Assembly (NCBI GenBank): GCA_037446135.1
Contig: JBBIJD010000028.1
Span: 1 to 21,708, forward strand
Source of the DNA: Candidatus Fraserbacteria bacterium
Lineage (GTDB): Bacteria > Bipolaricaulota > Bipolaricaulia > RBG-16-55-9 > JANLFV01
DNA: 21,708 bases
Direction of reading: 5' to 3'
Position 1 is the first letter of the stretch; each line of letters begins with the position of its first letter. Positions 9,465 through 19,552 of this stretch are shown in pieces. Below the pieces are notes generated by a model. It searched no databases. It worked only from the letters and a program-made list of their open reading frames with translations, and was not told the origin of the DNA. The position numbers were made by a program, and so were the translations under genes.

Positions 9465-9491
9465 TTAGCAGTCAAGCTACTTGAATGCTAA
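9465..9491 (+). promoter_or_regulatory. CIRCE element (HrcA operator)
   Basis: TTAGCAGTC-N9-GAATGCTAA versus consensus TTAGCACTC-N9-GAGTGCTAA, one mismatch per arm; located between the -10 box and hrcA. Confidence 0.9.
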
Positions 9492-9502
9492 GTGGGCGGA
9501 AG

Positions 9503-10528
9503 ATGGATGAGCGGAAGCGGTTGATCTTGAAGCAGATCGTGAGCCACTACATCAAGAGCGGCGAGCCGGTCAGTTCCCAGACGGTCCTGGAGCACTACAA
9601 TCCCGGGGTCAGCTCGGCCACGATCCGCAATGACATGCGCTACCTCGAGGAGCAAGGCTACATCGCCAAGCCTTACTGCTCCGCCGGGCGAGTCCCCACG
9701 GAGAAGGGCTACCGCTTCTTCGTCGATTGGCTCCTGGAGCTGGCCGAGCTGGCTCACCAGGACCAACACGCCCTCATCGAGTATTACCGCTTCCCCCGGC
9801 AGGACCTCGAGCGGCTCCTCCGCCAGACCGCCTTCCTCCTGGCGAATGTCACCGGTCTGGTCGGGTTCGTCCTCGCCCCTGGGCTGGAGGAGACCCGCCT
9901 TGAACGGATCACCCTCGTCCCACTCGGCCCGGACCGGCTCCTCGTCGTCCTCGTCTCCGAGTTCGGGCTGGTCGAGAGCCAGGTGGTCGAGGCCCAGCTC
10001 ACCTCGGCGGAACTGGAGGAGGTCAATGCCCTCCTCAACCTCCGGCTCCGTGGGAAGCCGTTCGGGGCGATCCTGGCCGAGGTCCGGGAGTTCTTCGAGC
10101 TGGAGGGGCGGGAGTGGGTCGAGCCGGCGCTGAGGGAGTCATTCGCGATCCTGAGCGCCCTCCTGGCCCGCGAGGGGCACCACCGGCTCCACATCGAGGG
10201 GCTCTTGAACCTGATGGAGGCCCTCCTCCGGCAGCCGTGCGGGGCAGAGCAGTTGGGGGTCGTGAAGCTCCTGAGCGACGAGCAGCGGTTCGCCGATTTC
10301 CTGAGGGAGGTGGCACGCGAGGGCGAGATCCGGGCCCTCATCGGGCGGGAGAACCCGCTCCCCGAGCTCCGCCACTGGTCCGTCATCACCATGGGTTACG
10401 GCTTTGGGGTCCTGGGCGGGCTCGGGCCCTTGCGGATGGACTACTCTAGGGCCTTCTCCGCCACGCGTTACATCGGGAACCGCCTCCGCGCCATCCTCTC
10501 CAGTGCACGCGAGGAGGTCAGAGATTGA
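9503..10528 (+). CDS. hrcA: Heat-inducible transcription repressor HrcA
   Basis: MDERKRLILKQIVSHYIKSGEPVSS...SSATIRNDM...SAGRVPTEKGYR and GPLRMDY. The ORF-track start at 9485 lies inside the CIRCE, so the ATG at 9503 is preferred. Confidence 0.95.
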   Translation: MDERKRLILKQIVSHYIKSGEPVSSQTVLEHYNPGVSSATIRNDMRYLEEQGYIAKPYCSAGRVPTEKGYRFFVDWLLELAELAHQDQHALIEYYRFPRQDLERLLRQTAFLLANVTGLVGFVLAPGLEETRLERITLVPLGPDRLLVVLVSEFGLVESQVVEAQLTSAELEEVNALLNLRLRGKPFGAILAEVREFFELEGREWVEPALRESFAILSALLAREGHHRLHIEGLLNLMEALLRQPCGAEQLGVVKLLSDEQRFADFLREVAREGEIRALIGRENPLPELRHWSVITMGYGFGVLGGLGPLRMDYSRAFSATRYIGNRLRAILSSAREEVRD

Positions 10529-11049
10529 TGGAAGAGAAGGTTCAACCAGTGCAGGAGAAGGAAGCACAGAGGGAGGAGGTCAAGCTCGAGGAGTATCTCG
10601 AGCGGATCAAGCGGCTCCAGGCCGATTTCGAGAACTACAAGAAGCGGATCGCTCGCGAGCGGGAGGAATGGGAGCAGCTCATCGAGGACCGGACGATCCT
10701 CAAGTTCCTCCCGATCTACGACGAGCTGGAGCGGGCCTTCCGCAGCTTCAACAGGAATAATGACCAGGACTCCTTCATCGAGGGGGTGGAGCAGATCTTC
10801 GCCCACTTCCGGAGAGTCCTGGAAAAAGAAGGGGTCGAGCCGATTGTGGCCCTGGGTCGGCCGTTCGACCCCGCTTACCATGAGGCGCTCTTCACTGTAG
10901 AGAGCGATGGTGAGCCGAACATCATCTTAGAGGAGTTCGAACGGGGCTACACCAGGTGGGGGCGGCTCCTCCGCCCGAGTCGGGTCAAAGTGAGCAAGCC
11001 CCGTGCGAAAGTGAAGGAGAGCAAGGAGGGAGAGAACAGCTATGGCTAA
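10528..11049 (+). CDS. grpE: Nucleotide exchange factor GrpE
   Basis: [22 protein letters not shown]...[24 protein letters not shown] overlap with hrcA. Confidence 0.95.
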   Translation: MEEKVQPVQEKEAQREEVKLEEYLERIKRLQADFENYKKRIAREREEWEQLIEDRTILKFLPIYDELERAFRSFNRNNDQDSFIEGVEQIFAHFRRVLEKEGVEPIVALGRPFDPAYHEALFTVESDGEPNIILEEFERGYTRWGRLLRPSRVKVSKPRAKVKESKEGENSYG

Positions 11050-12886
11050 GGAGAAGATCGTTGGAATCGATCTTGGGACTACTTTCTCCGCGATCGCGAT
11101 CCTCGAGGGCGGTAGGCCCGAGATCATCGTCAATGCTGAGGGCGAACGCATTACGCCCTCGGTCGTGGCCTTCACCGAGGACGGCGAGCGGCTGGTCGGG
11201 ACGATCGCCCGCAGACAAGCGATCACCAACCCCGAGCGGACCGTCTACTCCATCAAGCGGAAGATGGGGACAAACTACCGGGTCCGGATCAACATCAACG
11301 GCCAGATCAGGGAGTATACCCCGGAGGAGATCTCGGCCTTTATCCTGCAGAAGCTCAAGAAGGACGCGGAAGAGCGGCTCGGGGGCAAGCTAAATAAGGC
11401 CGTGATCACCGTCCCGGCCTACTTCAACGATAGCCAGCGCCAGGCGACCAAGGATGCAGGGAAGATCGCCGGCTTCCAGGTGGAAAGGATAATAAATGAG
11501 CCGACGGCCGCTTCGCTCGCCTACGGGCTGGATAAGGAGGGGGACCAGACGATCCTCGTCTATGACCTCGGCGGAGGGACCTTCGATGTCTCGATCCTCT
11601 CGATCGGTGAAGGGGTCTTCGAGGTCGTGGCCACCGATGGGGACACCCAGCTCGGTGGGGACGACTTCGACCGACGGATCATGGACTGGCTGATCGCCGA
11701 GTTCAAGAAGGAGACGGGGGTCGACCTCTCGACCGACCTCAATGCGCTCCAGCGGCTCAAGGACGCCGCGGAGGCGGCCAAGAAGGAGCTCTCCGCGAAG
11801 CTGGAGACGGAGATCAACCTCCCCTATATCACTGCCGACGCCCGCGGCCCGAAGCATCTCCAGATGGCCCTCACGCGGGCCAAGTTCGAGGCCCTCTGCC
11901 TCGACCTCTTCGAGCGGACGATCCAGATCACCAATAATGCTCTAGCCGCGGCGAAGATGAGCCCGAAGGATATCGATCAGGTCGTGCTCGTCGGCGGCTC
12001 GACCCGCATCCCCAAAGTCCAGGAGATGGTCGTCGAGCTCTTCGGGAAGGCCAAGATCAATAAGGAGATCAACCCCGACGAGGTCGTGGCCCTCGGGGCA
12101 GCGATCCAGGCGGGGGTCCTCGCCGGTGAGCTCGACGAGATCGTCCTCCTGGATGTCACACCCCTCACGCTCTCCATCGAGACCCTCGGGGGGGTCGCCA
12201 CACCCCTGATCGAGCGGAACACTACCATCCCCGTGGAGAAGACCAAGACCTTCACTACCGCCGAGGACGGCCAGACGACCGTCGATATCCACATCGTCCA
12301 GGGTGAGCGGAAGATGGCCGCGGACAACAAGAGCCTCGGCCGGTTCCAGCTCACTGGGATACCCCCCGCTCCGCGTGGGGTCCCCCAGATCGATGTGACC
12401 TTCTCCATCGATGTCAACGGGATCTTGAGCGTCAAGGCTCGGGATAAGGCCACGGGGAAGGAGGCCGGGATCGTGATCAAGGACTCCTCCCGCCTCAGCG
12501 AGGAGGAGGTCGAGCGGATGCGCCGCGAGGCCGAGAAGTATGCCGAGGAGGACAAGAGGCGGCTGGAGAAGGTCGAGGTGCGGAACCAGGCGGACCAACT
12601 GATCTATTCTGTGGAGAAGAGCCTCCGCGAGCTGGGGGAGAAGGTCCCCTCCTCCAAGCGGACTGAGATTGAGGAGAAGGTCCGCCAGCTCAAGGCGAGC
12701 CTGGACCGCGATGCCGATCCGGCCGAGCTCCGCCGGGGGATGGAAGAGCTAAAAGAGGCGAGCTTCGAGCTGGCCCAGCAGATCTACCAGCAAACGCAAT
12801 CGGCCTCCGGCGGGGGCAGAGATGGCCGAGGGGAGAAGAGAGAGCCGGGGAAGGGCGACTACATCGACGCGGAATACGAGAAATAG
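11042..12886 (+). CDS. dnaK: Chaperone DnaK (Hsp70)
   Basis: [51 protein letters not shown]. Confidence 0.98.
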   Translation: MAKEKIVGIDLGTTFSAIAILEGGRPEIIVNAEGERITPSVVAFTEDGERLVGTIARRQAITNPERTVYSIKRKMGTNYRVRININGQIREYTPEEISAFILQKLKKDAEERLGGKLNKAVITVPAYFNDSQRQATKDAGKIAGFQVERIINEPTAASLAYGLDKEGDQTILVYDLGGGTFDVSILSIGEGVFEVVATDGDTQLGGDDFDRRIMDWLIAEFKKETGVDLSTDLNALQRLKDAAEAAKKELSAKLETEINLPYITADARGPKHLQMALTRAKFEALCLDLFERTIQITNNALAAAKMSPKDIDQVVLVGGSTRIPKVQEMVVELFGKAKINKEINPDEVVALGAAIQAGVLAGELDEIVLLDVTPLTLSIETLGGVATPLIERNTTIPVEKTKTFTTAEDGQTTVDIHIVQGERKMAADNKSLGRFQLTGIPPAPRGVPQIDVTFSIDVNGILSVKARDKATGKEAGIVIKDSSRLSEEEVERMRREAEKYAEEDKRRLEKVEVRNQADQLIYSVEKSLRELGEKVPSSKRTEIEEKVRQLKASLDRDADPAELRRGMEELKEASFELAQQIYQQTQSASGGGRDGRGEKREPGKGDYIDAEYEK

Positions 12887-12907
12887 CGCGGGCGCGAGCG
12901 GGGGACG

Positions 12908-14011
12908 ATGGCCAAGCGCGACTACTACGAGGTCTTGGGCGTAGCCAGAGACGCGACCCAGGAGGAGATCAAGCGAGCCTACCGGCAGCTAGCGAAGAAG
13001 TATCACCCGGACATCAGCAAGGACGGGGGGAGCGCGGAGAAGTTCAAAGAGGCGACCGAGGCCTATGAGGTCCTCTCGGACCCGGAGAAGCGGGCCCAAT
13101 ACGACCGATTCGGCCATGTCGGCCCGGAGCAGGGGTTCGACTTTGACCTCCATGACTTCCACCGGGCGCGGGAGGCCTTCGACGAGTTCGGGTTCGGGCG
13201 GAGCGCCTTCGATGAGATCTTCGATATGTTCTTCGGGGAGGGGCTCCGGACGAGCCGAGCCCGGGCCCGCCGAGCGAGCCGGGCCCAGCGTGGCGAGGAC
13301 CTCGAGTATCGTCTCCAGCTCACTTTGGAAGATGTGGCCTTCGGGACGAAGCTCCGCGTCACCGTCCCCAGGTATGTCGCCTGCGACCGCTGCCACGGGC
13401 GGGGGGCCGAGCCGGGCTCGCAGGTCGGGCCCTGCCCCGTCTGCCATGGGGCCGGCCAGGTCGAATATCGCTACCAGACGATGCTCGGGAGCTTCGTCAA
13501 TGTCCGGACCTGCGAGCGGTGCGGCGGGACGGGCGAGGTCATCGAGAAGCCCTGCACCAAGTGCCGTGGCCGCGGAAGGGTGAAGGAGGAGAGCAAGATC
13601 TCGATCACCATCCCCGCGGGAGTCGATACCGGCTCGCGCTTGCGGCTCGCCGGGGAGGGGAATGCCGGGACCGGGGGCGGGCCACCCGGCGACCTCTACA
13701 TCATCGTCGAAGTCAAGCCCCACGAGACCTTCCAGCGGAAGGGAGACGACCTCTACAGCGAGGTCCCACTGAAGGTCACTCAGGCGATCCTCGGGACGAG
13801 GCTCAAGGTCCCGACCCTCGACGGGGAGGTAGAGCTCGAGATCCCACCGGGGACCCAGCCGGGAACGGTCTTCCGCCTCAAGGGGAGAGGGATCCCGCAC
13901 TTGCACGGCTCGGGGCGGGGAGACCAATTCGTCCAAGTGAAAGTCATCATCCCCACCGCCCTCAGCCGGGAGCAGCGCCGCCTCCTGGAGGAGCTAGACC
14001 GGACGCTCTAA
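12908..14011 (+). CDS. dnaJ: Chaperone DnaJ
   Basis: J-domain with HPD, four CxxCxGxG zinc motifs, C-terminal substrate-binding domain. Confidence 0.97.
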   Translation: MAKRDYYEVLGVARDATQEEIKRAYRQLAKKYHPDISKDGGSAEKFKEATEAYEVLSDPEKRAQYDRFGHVGPEQGFDFDLHDFHRAREAFDEFGFGRSAFDEIFDMFFGEGLRTSRARARRASRAQRGEDLEYRLQLTLEDVAFGTKLRVTVPRYVACDRCHGRGAEPGSQVGPCPVCHGAGQVEYRYQTMLGSFVNVRTCERCGGTGEVIEKPCTKCRGRGRVKEESKISITIPAGVDTGSRLRLAGEGNAGTGGGPPGDLYIIVEVKPHETFQRKGDDLYSEVPLKVTQAILGTRLKVPTLDGEVELEIPPGTQPGTVFRLKGRGIPHLHGSGRGDQFVQVKVIIPTALSREQRRLLEELDRTL

Positions 14012-14593
14012 GAAAGTCTCCCGGAGCAGGGCCACTAGCCGCTCCAGGGCCCGCCGGCGGTGGCTGATCTCGTTCTTCACCTCCGGCCCGAGCTCGGCTA
14101 AGGTCTTAGAGAAGCCCTCGGGGATGAAGACCGGGTCATAGCCGAAGCCGGAGCTCCCTCGCGGCTCGAGGGCGATCTCGCCCCGGAGCTCGCCCGTGGC
14201 TACCAGTTCCTCTCCCTCAGGGAAGTGGAGGACGACTACAGCTCGGAACCGCGCCCGCCGGTCACTCACCCCTTGAAGCAAGGAGAGGAGCTTAGCGATG
14301 TTCTCCTTATCTGTCGCATTCTCGCCGGCGAACCGGGCGGAGCGGACCCCCGGCGCCCCTTCGAGGGCCGGGACCTCTAGGCCGGAGTCCTCGGCCAGGA
14401 CCGGCAAGCCCGTCTCTTGAGAGATCCTTCGGGCCTTGAGGAGGGCATTCTCCTCCAGGGATCTTCCCTCCTCGGCCACATCTGAGAAGGGGACCTCCTC
14501 ATAGGTGAGGAGCTCGAGCCAGGGCAGGCCGAAGAGGATCTCTTCAATCTCCTGGATCTTCCCGCGATTCCTCGTCCCGAGGAGGACTCTCAC
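13994..14593 (-). CDS. rdgB: Non-canonical purine NTP pyrophosphatase (RdgB/HAM1)
   Basis: [33 protein letters not shown] and SHR motifs; GTG start. Confidence 0.95.
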   Translation of the reverse strand: MRVLLGTRNRGKIQEIEEILFGLPWLELLTYEEVPFSDVAEEGRSLEENALLKARRISQETGLPVLAEDSGLEVPALEGAPGVRSARFAGENATDKENIAKLLSLLQGVSDRRARFRAVVVLHFPEGEELVATGELRGEIALEPRGSSGFGYDPVFIPEGFSKTLAELGPEVKNEISHRRRALERLVALLRETFLERPV

Positions 14594-14596
14594 GGC

Positions 14597-15619
14597 TCAT
14601 TGGCCGCGGAGGCCCTGGAGTTCGAGTTCCTCGGCGAAGTGGCAGGAGACGAAGTGCTTGTCCCCCAGGTCCCGGAACTCCGGGGTCTTCTGGGAGCAGA
14701 TCTCCTTAGCGTAGGAGCAACGGGGATGGAAGTAGCACCCTGATGGGGGATTGACTGGGCTGGGGACATCCCCCTGGAGGATGATCCGCTCCATCTGGAA
14801 GTCTGGGTCCGGGACCGGGACGGCGGACATCAGGGCCTCGGTGTAGGGGTGCTTCGGGTCGGAGAAGAGTTCGTCCGTTCCGGCCATCTCCACGATCTTC
14901 CCCAGATACATCACGGCCACCCGGTCGGAGATGTGCTTGACGACCGAGAGGTCGTGGGCGATGAACAAGTAAGTTAAGCCGAACTGCTTCTGGAGGTCCT
15001 CCATGAGGTTGAGGACCTGGGCCTGGATCGAGACATCCAAGGCGGAGACCGGCTCGTCAGCGACGATCAATTTCGGCTCGAGGGCCAAGGCCCTGGCGAT
15101 CCCGATCCGCTGGCGCTGGCCCCCGGAGAATTCGTGGGGGTAGCGCTTCATGTATTGTGGATTGAGCCCGACCGCCTCGAGGAGCTCCGCGACCCGCTCA
15201 CGGAGGGCCTTCCCCCGTGCCACCTTGTGGACTAAGAGTGGCTCCCCGACGATGTCTCCGATGGTCATCCGGGGGTTGAGGCTGGAATAGGGGTCCTGGA
15301 AGATGATCTGCATCTGGCGGCGGAGCTCCTTCAGTTGGCGCCCACGGAGCTTGAAGATCGGGATCGCCCCATCCTCCTTGTAGAAGGTCGCCTCGCCGGC
15401 CGTCGGCTCGATCAAGCGGAGGATCGTCCGCCCGCAGGTCGTCTTCCCGCAGCCAGACTCACCGACCAGCCCGAGGGTCTCCCCCTCCTTGATGAAGAAG
15501 CTCACATCATCGACGGCCTTCACATGGCCGACGGTCCGCCGGAAGACTCCCCGCCGGACGGGGAAGTATTTCCGGAGGTTCTTCACCTCGAGGAGCAGAT
15601 CGTCCTTAGCTCTAGCCAA
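14597..15619 (-). CDS. Oligopeptide/dipeptide ABC transporter ATP-binding protein (OppF/DppF-like)
   Basis: [25 protein letters not shown], oligo_HPY domain with CYFHPRC; TTG start with GGAGGT SD. Confidence 0.92.
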   Translation of the reverse strand: MARAKDDLLLEVKNLRKYFPVRRGVFRRTVGHVKAVDDVSFFIKEGETLGLVGESGCGKTTCGRTILRLIEPTAGEATFYKEDGAIPIFKLRGRQLKELRRQMQIIFQDPYSSLNPRMTIGDIVGEPLLVHKVARGKALRERVAELLEAVGLNPQYMKRYPHEFSGGQRQRIGIARALALEPKLIVADEPVSALDVSIQAQVLNLMEDLQKQFGLTYLFIAHDLSVVKHISDRVAVMYLGKIVEMAGTDELFSDPKHPYTEALMSAVPVPDPDFQMERIILQGDVPSPVNPPSGCYFHPRCSYAKEICSQKTPEFRDLGDKHFVSCHFAEELELQGLRGQ

Positions 15620-15643
15620 GTCAGTTCGACCTCCCTCAGTCAG

Positions 15644-16648
15644 CTATGGCTGCACAGGCTTTTGCTCATAGAGCCAACACTTCGCCCAGTGGCCCGCGGC
15701 CACTTCGAAGACGGGCGGCTCCCTCTTCTCACAGATCTCCATCACATGGGGGCAGCGGGGGGCGAAGACGCACCCCGGCGGAAGATCATAGGGGTCGGGG
15801 ACGACCCCCTTGATCGGCTCGAGCCGCTCCTTCCGCTTGGCGAGCGAAGGGATCGAATGCATCAACCCTTGAGTATAGGGGTGCTTCGGGTCATGGAAGA
15901 CCCGCCGGACATCGGACTGCTCCACCAGCTTCCCCATATACATCACGACCATATCGTCGGAGGTCTCGGCGATGACCCCCAGGTTGTGGGTGATCATCAT
16001 GATCGCCATGCGGAACTGCTCCTGGAGCCGCTTCATCAGCTCGAGGATCTGGGCCTGAATCGTCACATCCAGTGCTGTGGTCGGCTCGTCGGCGATCAAC
16101 AGCGAGGGGTTGCAGGAGAGGGCCATGGCGATCATCGCCCGCTGGCGCATCCCTCCTGAGAGCTGGTGGGGATACTCATCGACCCTCTGCTCCGGGGAGG
16201 GGATCCCCACCTCGTGGAGCATCTCGATCGCCCGCTCCCGGGCCTCCTTCTTATTCACCTTCTGGTGGAGGATGATCGCCTCCATGATCTGGTTCCCGAT
16301 GGTATAGACCGGGTTCAGGCTCGTCATCGGCTCCTGGAAGATCATGGCGATCTCGTTCCCCCGGATCGAGCGGATCTCCTTCCCCTTCGGGTTGAGCTTG
16401 GTGATGTCGATCACATCTCCATTCCGATGATAGAGGATCTCTCCCTCGACGATCTTCCCCGGCGGCATGGGGACGAGCGCGAGGATCGAGAGGCCGGTCA
16501 CGGACTTCCCGCAGCCGGACTCGCCCACGACCCCTAGGGTCTTCTGCCACGCGATAGAGAAGCTCACTCCATCGACGGCCCGGACGACCCCATCCTCGGT
16601 GTAGAAGTAGGTCTTGAGGTTCTTCAGCTCGATCAGAGTGTCTACGAT
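15644..16648 (-). CDS. Oligopeptide/dipeptide ABC transporter ATP-binding protein (OppD/DppD-like), probable non-canonical ATC start
   Basis: [29 protein letters not shown]. The conserved N-terminus ([25 protein letters not shown]) extends 27 codons upstream of the ORF-track GTG at 16567, to an ATC 5 nt after GAGGAGG. Confidence 0.88.
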   Translation of the reverse strand: MVDTLIELKNLKTYFYTEDGVVRAVDGVSFSIAWQKTLGVVGESGCGKSVTGLSILALVPMPPGKIVEGEILYHRNGDVIDITKLNPKGKEIRSIRGNEIAMIFQEPMTSLNPVYTIGNQIMEAIILHQKVNKKEARERAIEMLHEVGIPSPEQRVDEYPHQLSGGMRQRAMIAMALSCNPSLLIADEPTTALDVTIQAQILELMKRLQEQFRMAIMMITHNLGVIAETSDDMVVMYMGKLVEQSDVRRVFHDPKHPYTQGLMHSIPSLAKRKERLEPIKGVVPDPYDLPPGCVFAPRCPHVMEICEKREPPVFEVAAGHWAKCWLYEQKPVQP

Positions 16649-16659
16649 CTTGTCCTCCT

Positions 16660-16887
16660 CTAACGGATGATCGAGAGTAGAAGCCCCAGGAGGAGGAAGC
16701 CCCCGCCGAGCCAGGCGGTGGCCGTCCGCTTGGGGTCTTTCGTCTCATCCCGCCCGAAGACCGTATACCTTCCCCCGGCCCCGAAGGCCCCCCCGAGCCC
16801 GGCATGGCGGCTCATCTGGAGGAGGATCAGCCCGGTCAGGGCCAGGGAATCGAGAATGAATAAGACAATAATCAACGCTCTCAGCAT
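16660..16887 (-). CDS. secG: Preprotein translocase subunit SecG
   Basis: 75 aa with two hydrophobic helices and the ILLQ...GLGGAFG...FG signature. Confidence 0.88.
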   Translation of the reverse strand: MLRALIIVLFILDSLALTGLILLQMSRHAGLGGAFGAGGRYTVFGRDETKDPKRTATAWLGGGFLLLGLLLSIIR

Positions 16888-16911
16888 CCCTTATCTACCT
16901 CACCAAGCGGG

Positions 16912-16940
16912 ATTATAGCAAAAGTCGGGGCTCGCCTCAA
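16912..16940 (-). promoter_or_regulatory. Sigma70-type promoter for secG and downstream genes
   Basis: Minus strand TTGAGG, 17 bp ending in TGC, TATAAT (extended -10). Confidence 0.65.
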
Positions 16941-16945
16941 GTCAA

Positions 16946-17593
16946 TCAAGCCAGCCCGAGGAGCCGGAGCAGGGGCTCAAGGAGCCGGTCGAGGAGCTCA
17001 GCTCGCCAGAGGAGGAAGATCAGCCCTAAGGCGAGGAAGAGCCCGAACGGCTCGAGCCGGTGGAGGAAGAGCCGGCCACGGGTCGGGAGGAAGTAGGCCA
17101 AGATCCGAGAGCCATCGAGCGGAGGGATCGGGATCAAGTTGTAGAAGGCGAGGATGATGTCGATCAAGATGAGAGCGGCTAAGAAGAGGATGAGCGGCTC
17201 TGGCAGGGCTTGGGCCGAGTGGCTCAAGGGATACCATGCGGCTAGGGCGAGCCCGGCCAGCCCGAGGTTCAATAGCGGCCCGGCGAGCCCGACGAGCATC
17301 AAGTCCCGATAGGGCCTCCGGAGATAGAGGGGATTGATCGGGACCGGCTTGGCCCAGCCGAAGAGGATGATCGGGGCCTTAGTTAAGGTCGCGAAGAGCA
17401 GGAGCAGCCCCGGGACGAGGATCGTCCCGACCGGGTCAATGTGCGCTAGAGGGTTCAAAGTGAGCCGGCCGGCAAGCTTGGCCGTGGGGTCCCCCAACTT
17501 GTAGGCGACCCAGCCGTGGGCCAGCTCGTGGAGGATGATCGCCAGCCCAGCGGCGAAGACCACGATGACCAGCTCGAGGATTAGCTCAATCAT
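16946..17593 (-). CDS. Site-2 protease (peptidase M50) family membrane metalloprotease, 215 aa
   Basis: HELAH, GDPTAK...RLTLNPLAHIDP, GWAKPVP, AGP and NLIPIPPLDG. Start placed at ATG 17593, overlapping the rqcH stop. Confidence 0.9.
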   Translation of the reverse strand: MIELILELVIVVFAAGLAIILHELAHGWVAYKLGDPTAKLAGRLTLNPLAHIDPVGTILVPGLLLLFATLTKAPIILFGWAKPVPINPLYLRRPYRDLMLVGLAGPLLNLGLAGLALAAWYPLSHSAQALPEPLILFLAALILIDIILAFYNLIPIPPLDGSRILAYFLPTRGRLFLHRLEPFGLFLALGLIFLLWRAELLDRLLEPLLRLLGLA

Positions 17594-19301
17594 CTGTCTG
17601 GCCTGGCCCTTCCAACTCCGGGGGGACGAGGACGGTCCCCTCCTCATGCTGGACTAGGACCGCCCCAGGCCTGGCCCCCCTCGGCTTCCGAAGATACTTG
17701 ACTTGAGTATAGGTCACGGGGACCTTTGTAGCTGACCGGCCCTTCGAGTAGTAGGCCGCCAGCCTCGCGGCCCGCTCCAGGACCGCTTGGGGGACCTTCC
17801 TCCCCGCGGACTTGATCAAGACATGGGCCCCAGGGATCCCGCGGGCGTGGAGCCAGAAGTCCTCCCGATGGGCTCCGCGAATCAAGAGGTCGTTCTCCCG
17901 CCCGCTTCGCCCGACCAGGACTAAAAAGCCGTCGATCTGGAACTCCCTTGGGCCGAGCCGAGCTGGGACAGGAGCTGAGGGGCGTGGCCCGCCCTCAGCT
18001 CCAGCTCTGGCCCTAATATAGCCCGCGACACGCAGCTCCGCTTCGACCTCTTGCAAGTCCTCTAGCCCCTCGGCCTGCTCTAGCCCTAGCTCGAGGGCCC
18101 GGAGCTGCTCCAGCTCCTCTTCTAGCTCACGCTCGCGCTCCCGGAGCTTCTCCGCCCCGCGTTTGAGCTTCTTGTATCTCTTGAAGAGGGCCTGGGCATT
18201 CTCCGCTGGATCGAGCTGGGGATCTAAAGCGACCCGCTCCTTCTGACCAGTCAGGGGATTGAGCAGCTCGGCCTCCCGCTGGCCCCGTTCGAGCCCGGAG
18301 AGATTAGCTAAAACCAGCTCGCCCAGGCGGCGATACCGCTCATAATCCTCGGCCTTAGCCCGGTCCTCACCGACCTTCGCGATCGCCCTCTCCAGCCGCT
18401 CGATCTCCTCCCGGACGAGCTTGAGGAGCCTCGCTTGCTCCCCGGAGAAGGCGGCCTGAGTCCCACTGGCAAAGAAGTATTCGTCGAGGGCCTGGGAGAG
18501 GCTCGCGCGGGGCTCGCCCCGCAGGTGCTCGTAGAGTTTAAGAGGGAAGGGCGCGGCATCTACGGGCCGATCGCCCTCAAAGTAGATCATCGGCTCGAGG
18601 TGGCCCTCGCTCAGTCGAGCAACGAGGTTCTTCAGCTCCCCCAGGAGACGGGCCCGCTCCTCCGGGCTCAATTGCGAGCCCGAGCGGTCGGGCTCGAGCC
18701 CCGCACGGAGGGCCAGCTCCTTCGCCGAGCGCGGCCCGAGCCCCTCGATCTTCCTTACCAGGGCTTGCCAGAGCTCGAGCTCGCCCTCTCGAAGGAGGGC
18801 GGCCAAGCCTGCTTCGCTCAGGCTGGAAGGGTCGAGCTTACCCTGGCTGGGCGGCGGGAGATAAGGCCGATGAGGGAGGAGCGGTCGCCCCTCCTGGCCC
18901 TGATGGAGCCCGCCGAGGATCACGCCATCCCTGACCAAGACGATATTCCCCCGACCGAAGAGCTCGCAGACCAGCTCATATCGGCCTTCTCCGCGCTGGA
19001 TCATGAGCCGAACCAGCCGTTCCAGTCCGGGCTGCTCGATCGCCGCGATCGCTCCCCCCTTGAGGTGTTTCCTCAGGAGCATGACGAAGGGCGAGGGCTC
19101 GGCGGGATTAGGGAGCCTCCGCGCAGTGAGGTGGAGCCGCCCCTCGGCGGGCGCGAGGAGCAAGATCAGCTCCTCGCCCTCCTTCCAGAGGTGGAGGGTC
19201 AGAAGCCCCGGCCCGGGGCCATAGACTTGACGGACGACTGCGCCGATGAGGCTCCGGAGTTCATGGCAGAGGCACTTTATACTGACTCCATCGAGGCCCA
19301 T
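17586..19301 (-). CDS. rqcH: Ribosome quality control factor RqcH/Rqc2 (NFACT/FbpA family)
   Basis: NFACT-N (PSPFVMLLRKHL, ELFGRGNIVL), HhH region (EGLGP), coiled coils (ENAQALFKRYKKLK), NFACT-R (VGRSGREND, DFWLHARGIPGAHV, AAYYS). Confidence 0.9.
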   Translation of the reverse strand: MGLDGVSIKCLCHELRSLIGAVVRQVYGPGPGLLTLHLWKEGEELILLLAPAEGRLHLTARRLPNPAEPSPFVMLLRKHLKGGAIAAIEQPGLERLVRLMIQRGEGRYELVCELFGRGNIVLVRDGVILGGLHQGQEGRPLLPHRPYLPPPSQGKLDPSSLSEAGLAALLREGELELWQALVRKIEGLGPRSAKELALRAGLEPDRSGSQLSPEERARLLGELKNLVARLSEGHLEPMIYFEGDRPVDAAPFPLKLYEHLRGEPRASLSQALDEYFFASGTQAAFSGEQARLLKLVREEIERLERAIAKVGEDRAKAEDYERYRRLGELVLANLSGLERGQREAELLNPLTGQKERVALDPQLDPAENAQALFKRYKKLKRGAEKLRERERELEEELEQLRALELGLEQAEGLEDLQEVEAELRVAGYIRARAGAEGGPRPSAPVPARLGPREFQIDGFLVLVGRSGRENDLLIRGAHREDFWLHARGIPGAHVLIKSAGRKVPQAVLERAARLAAYYSKGRSATKVPVTYTQVKYLRKPRGARPGAVLVQHEEGTVLVPPELEGPGQTDD

Positions 19302-19334
19302 GATAGATGTCCGAACAAGAGCGACCGCCTGGCC

Positions 19335-19410
19335 TGGTGCGCCTGGGAGGATTTGAACCCCCGGCCTACGGATCCGGAGTCCGTCGCTCTGTCCACTGAG
19401 CTACAGGCGC
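19335..19410 (-). tRNA. tRNA-Arg (anticodon CCG)
   Basis: Reverse complement GCGCCTGTAGCTCAGTGGACAGAGCG-ACGGA-CTCCGGA-TCCGT-AGGCCGGGGGTTCAAATCCTCCCAGGCGCACCA folds as a cloverleaf; CCA is encoded. Confidence 0.95.
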
Positions 19411-19417
19411 AAGCGGG

Positions 19418-19506
19418 CGGAGGGGGTGGGATTCGAACCCACGGCAGAGTTTTACCCCTGCAACGGTTTAGCAAACCGCCGTCTTAGGCCGCTTGACTAC
19501 CCCTCC
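19418..19506 (-). tRNA. tRNA-Ser (anticodon GCT)
   Basis: GGAGGGG/CCCCTCC acceptor stem, GCGGT-TTGCTAA-ACCGT anticodon arm, long variable arm, GTGGG-TTCGAAT-CCCAC T arm, G discriminator; CCA is not encoded. Confidence 0.95.
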
Positions 19507-19522
19507 GATCCGAGCCGGAGGC

Positions 19523-19552
19523 ATTTTAACATAACCCAGCCCGGGAGTTCAA
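19523..19552 (-). promoter_or_regulatory. Promoter of the tRNA-Ser/tRNA-Arg transcript
   Basis: Minus strand TTGAAC, 18 bp ending in TGT, TAAAAT, followed by a GC-rich discriminator (GCCTCCGG). Confidence 0.7.

Noticed and set aside
6918..19487. Long antisense or alternate-frame ORFs (e.g. 6918-7955, 12989-13936, 15335-16159, 18435-19487)
   Set aside because: They are shadow ORFs opposite well-supported genes, expected from GC-rich codon bias, and show no recognisable motifs.
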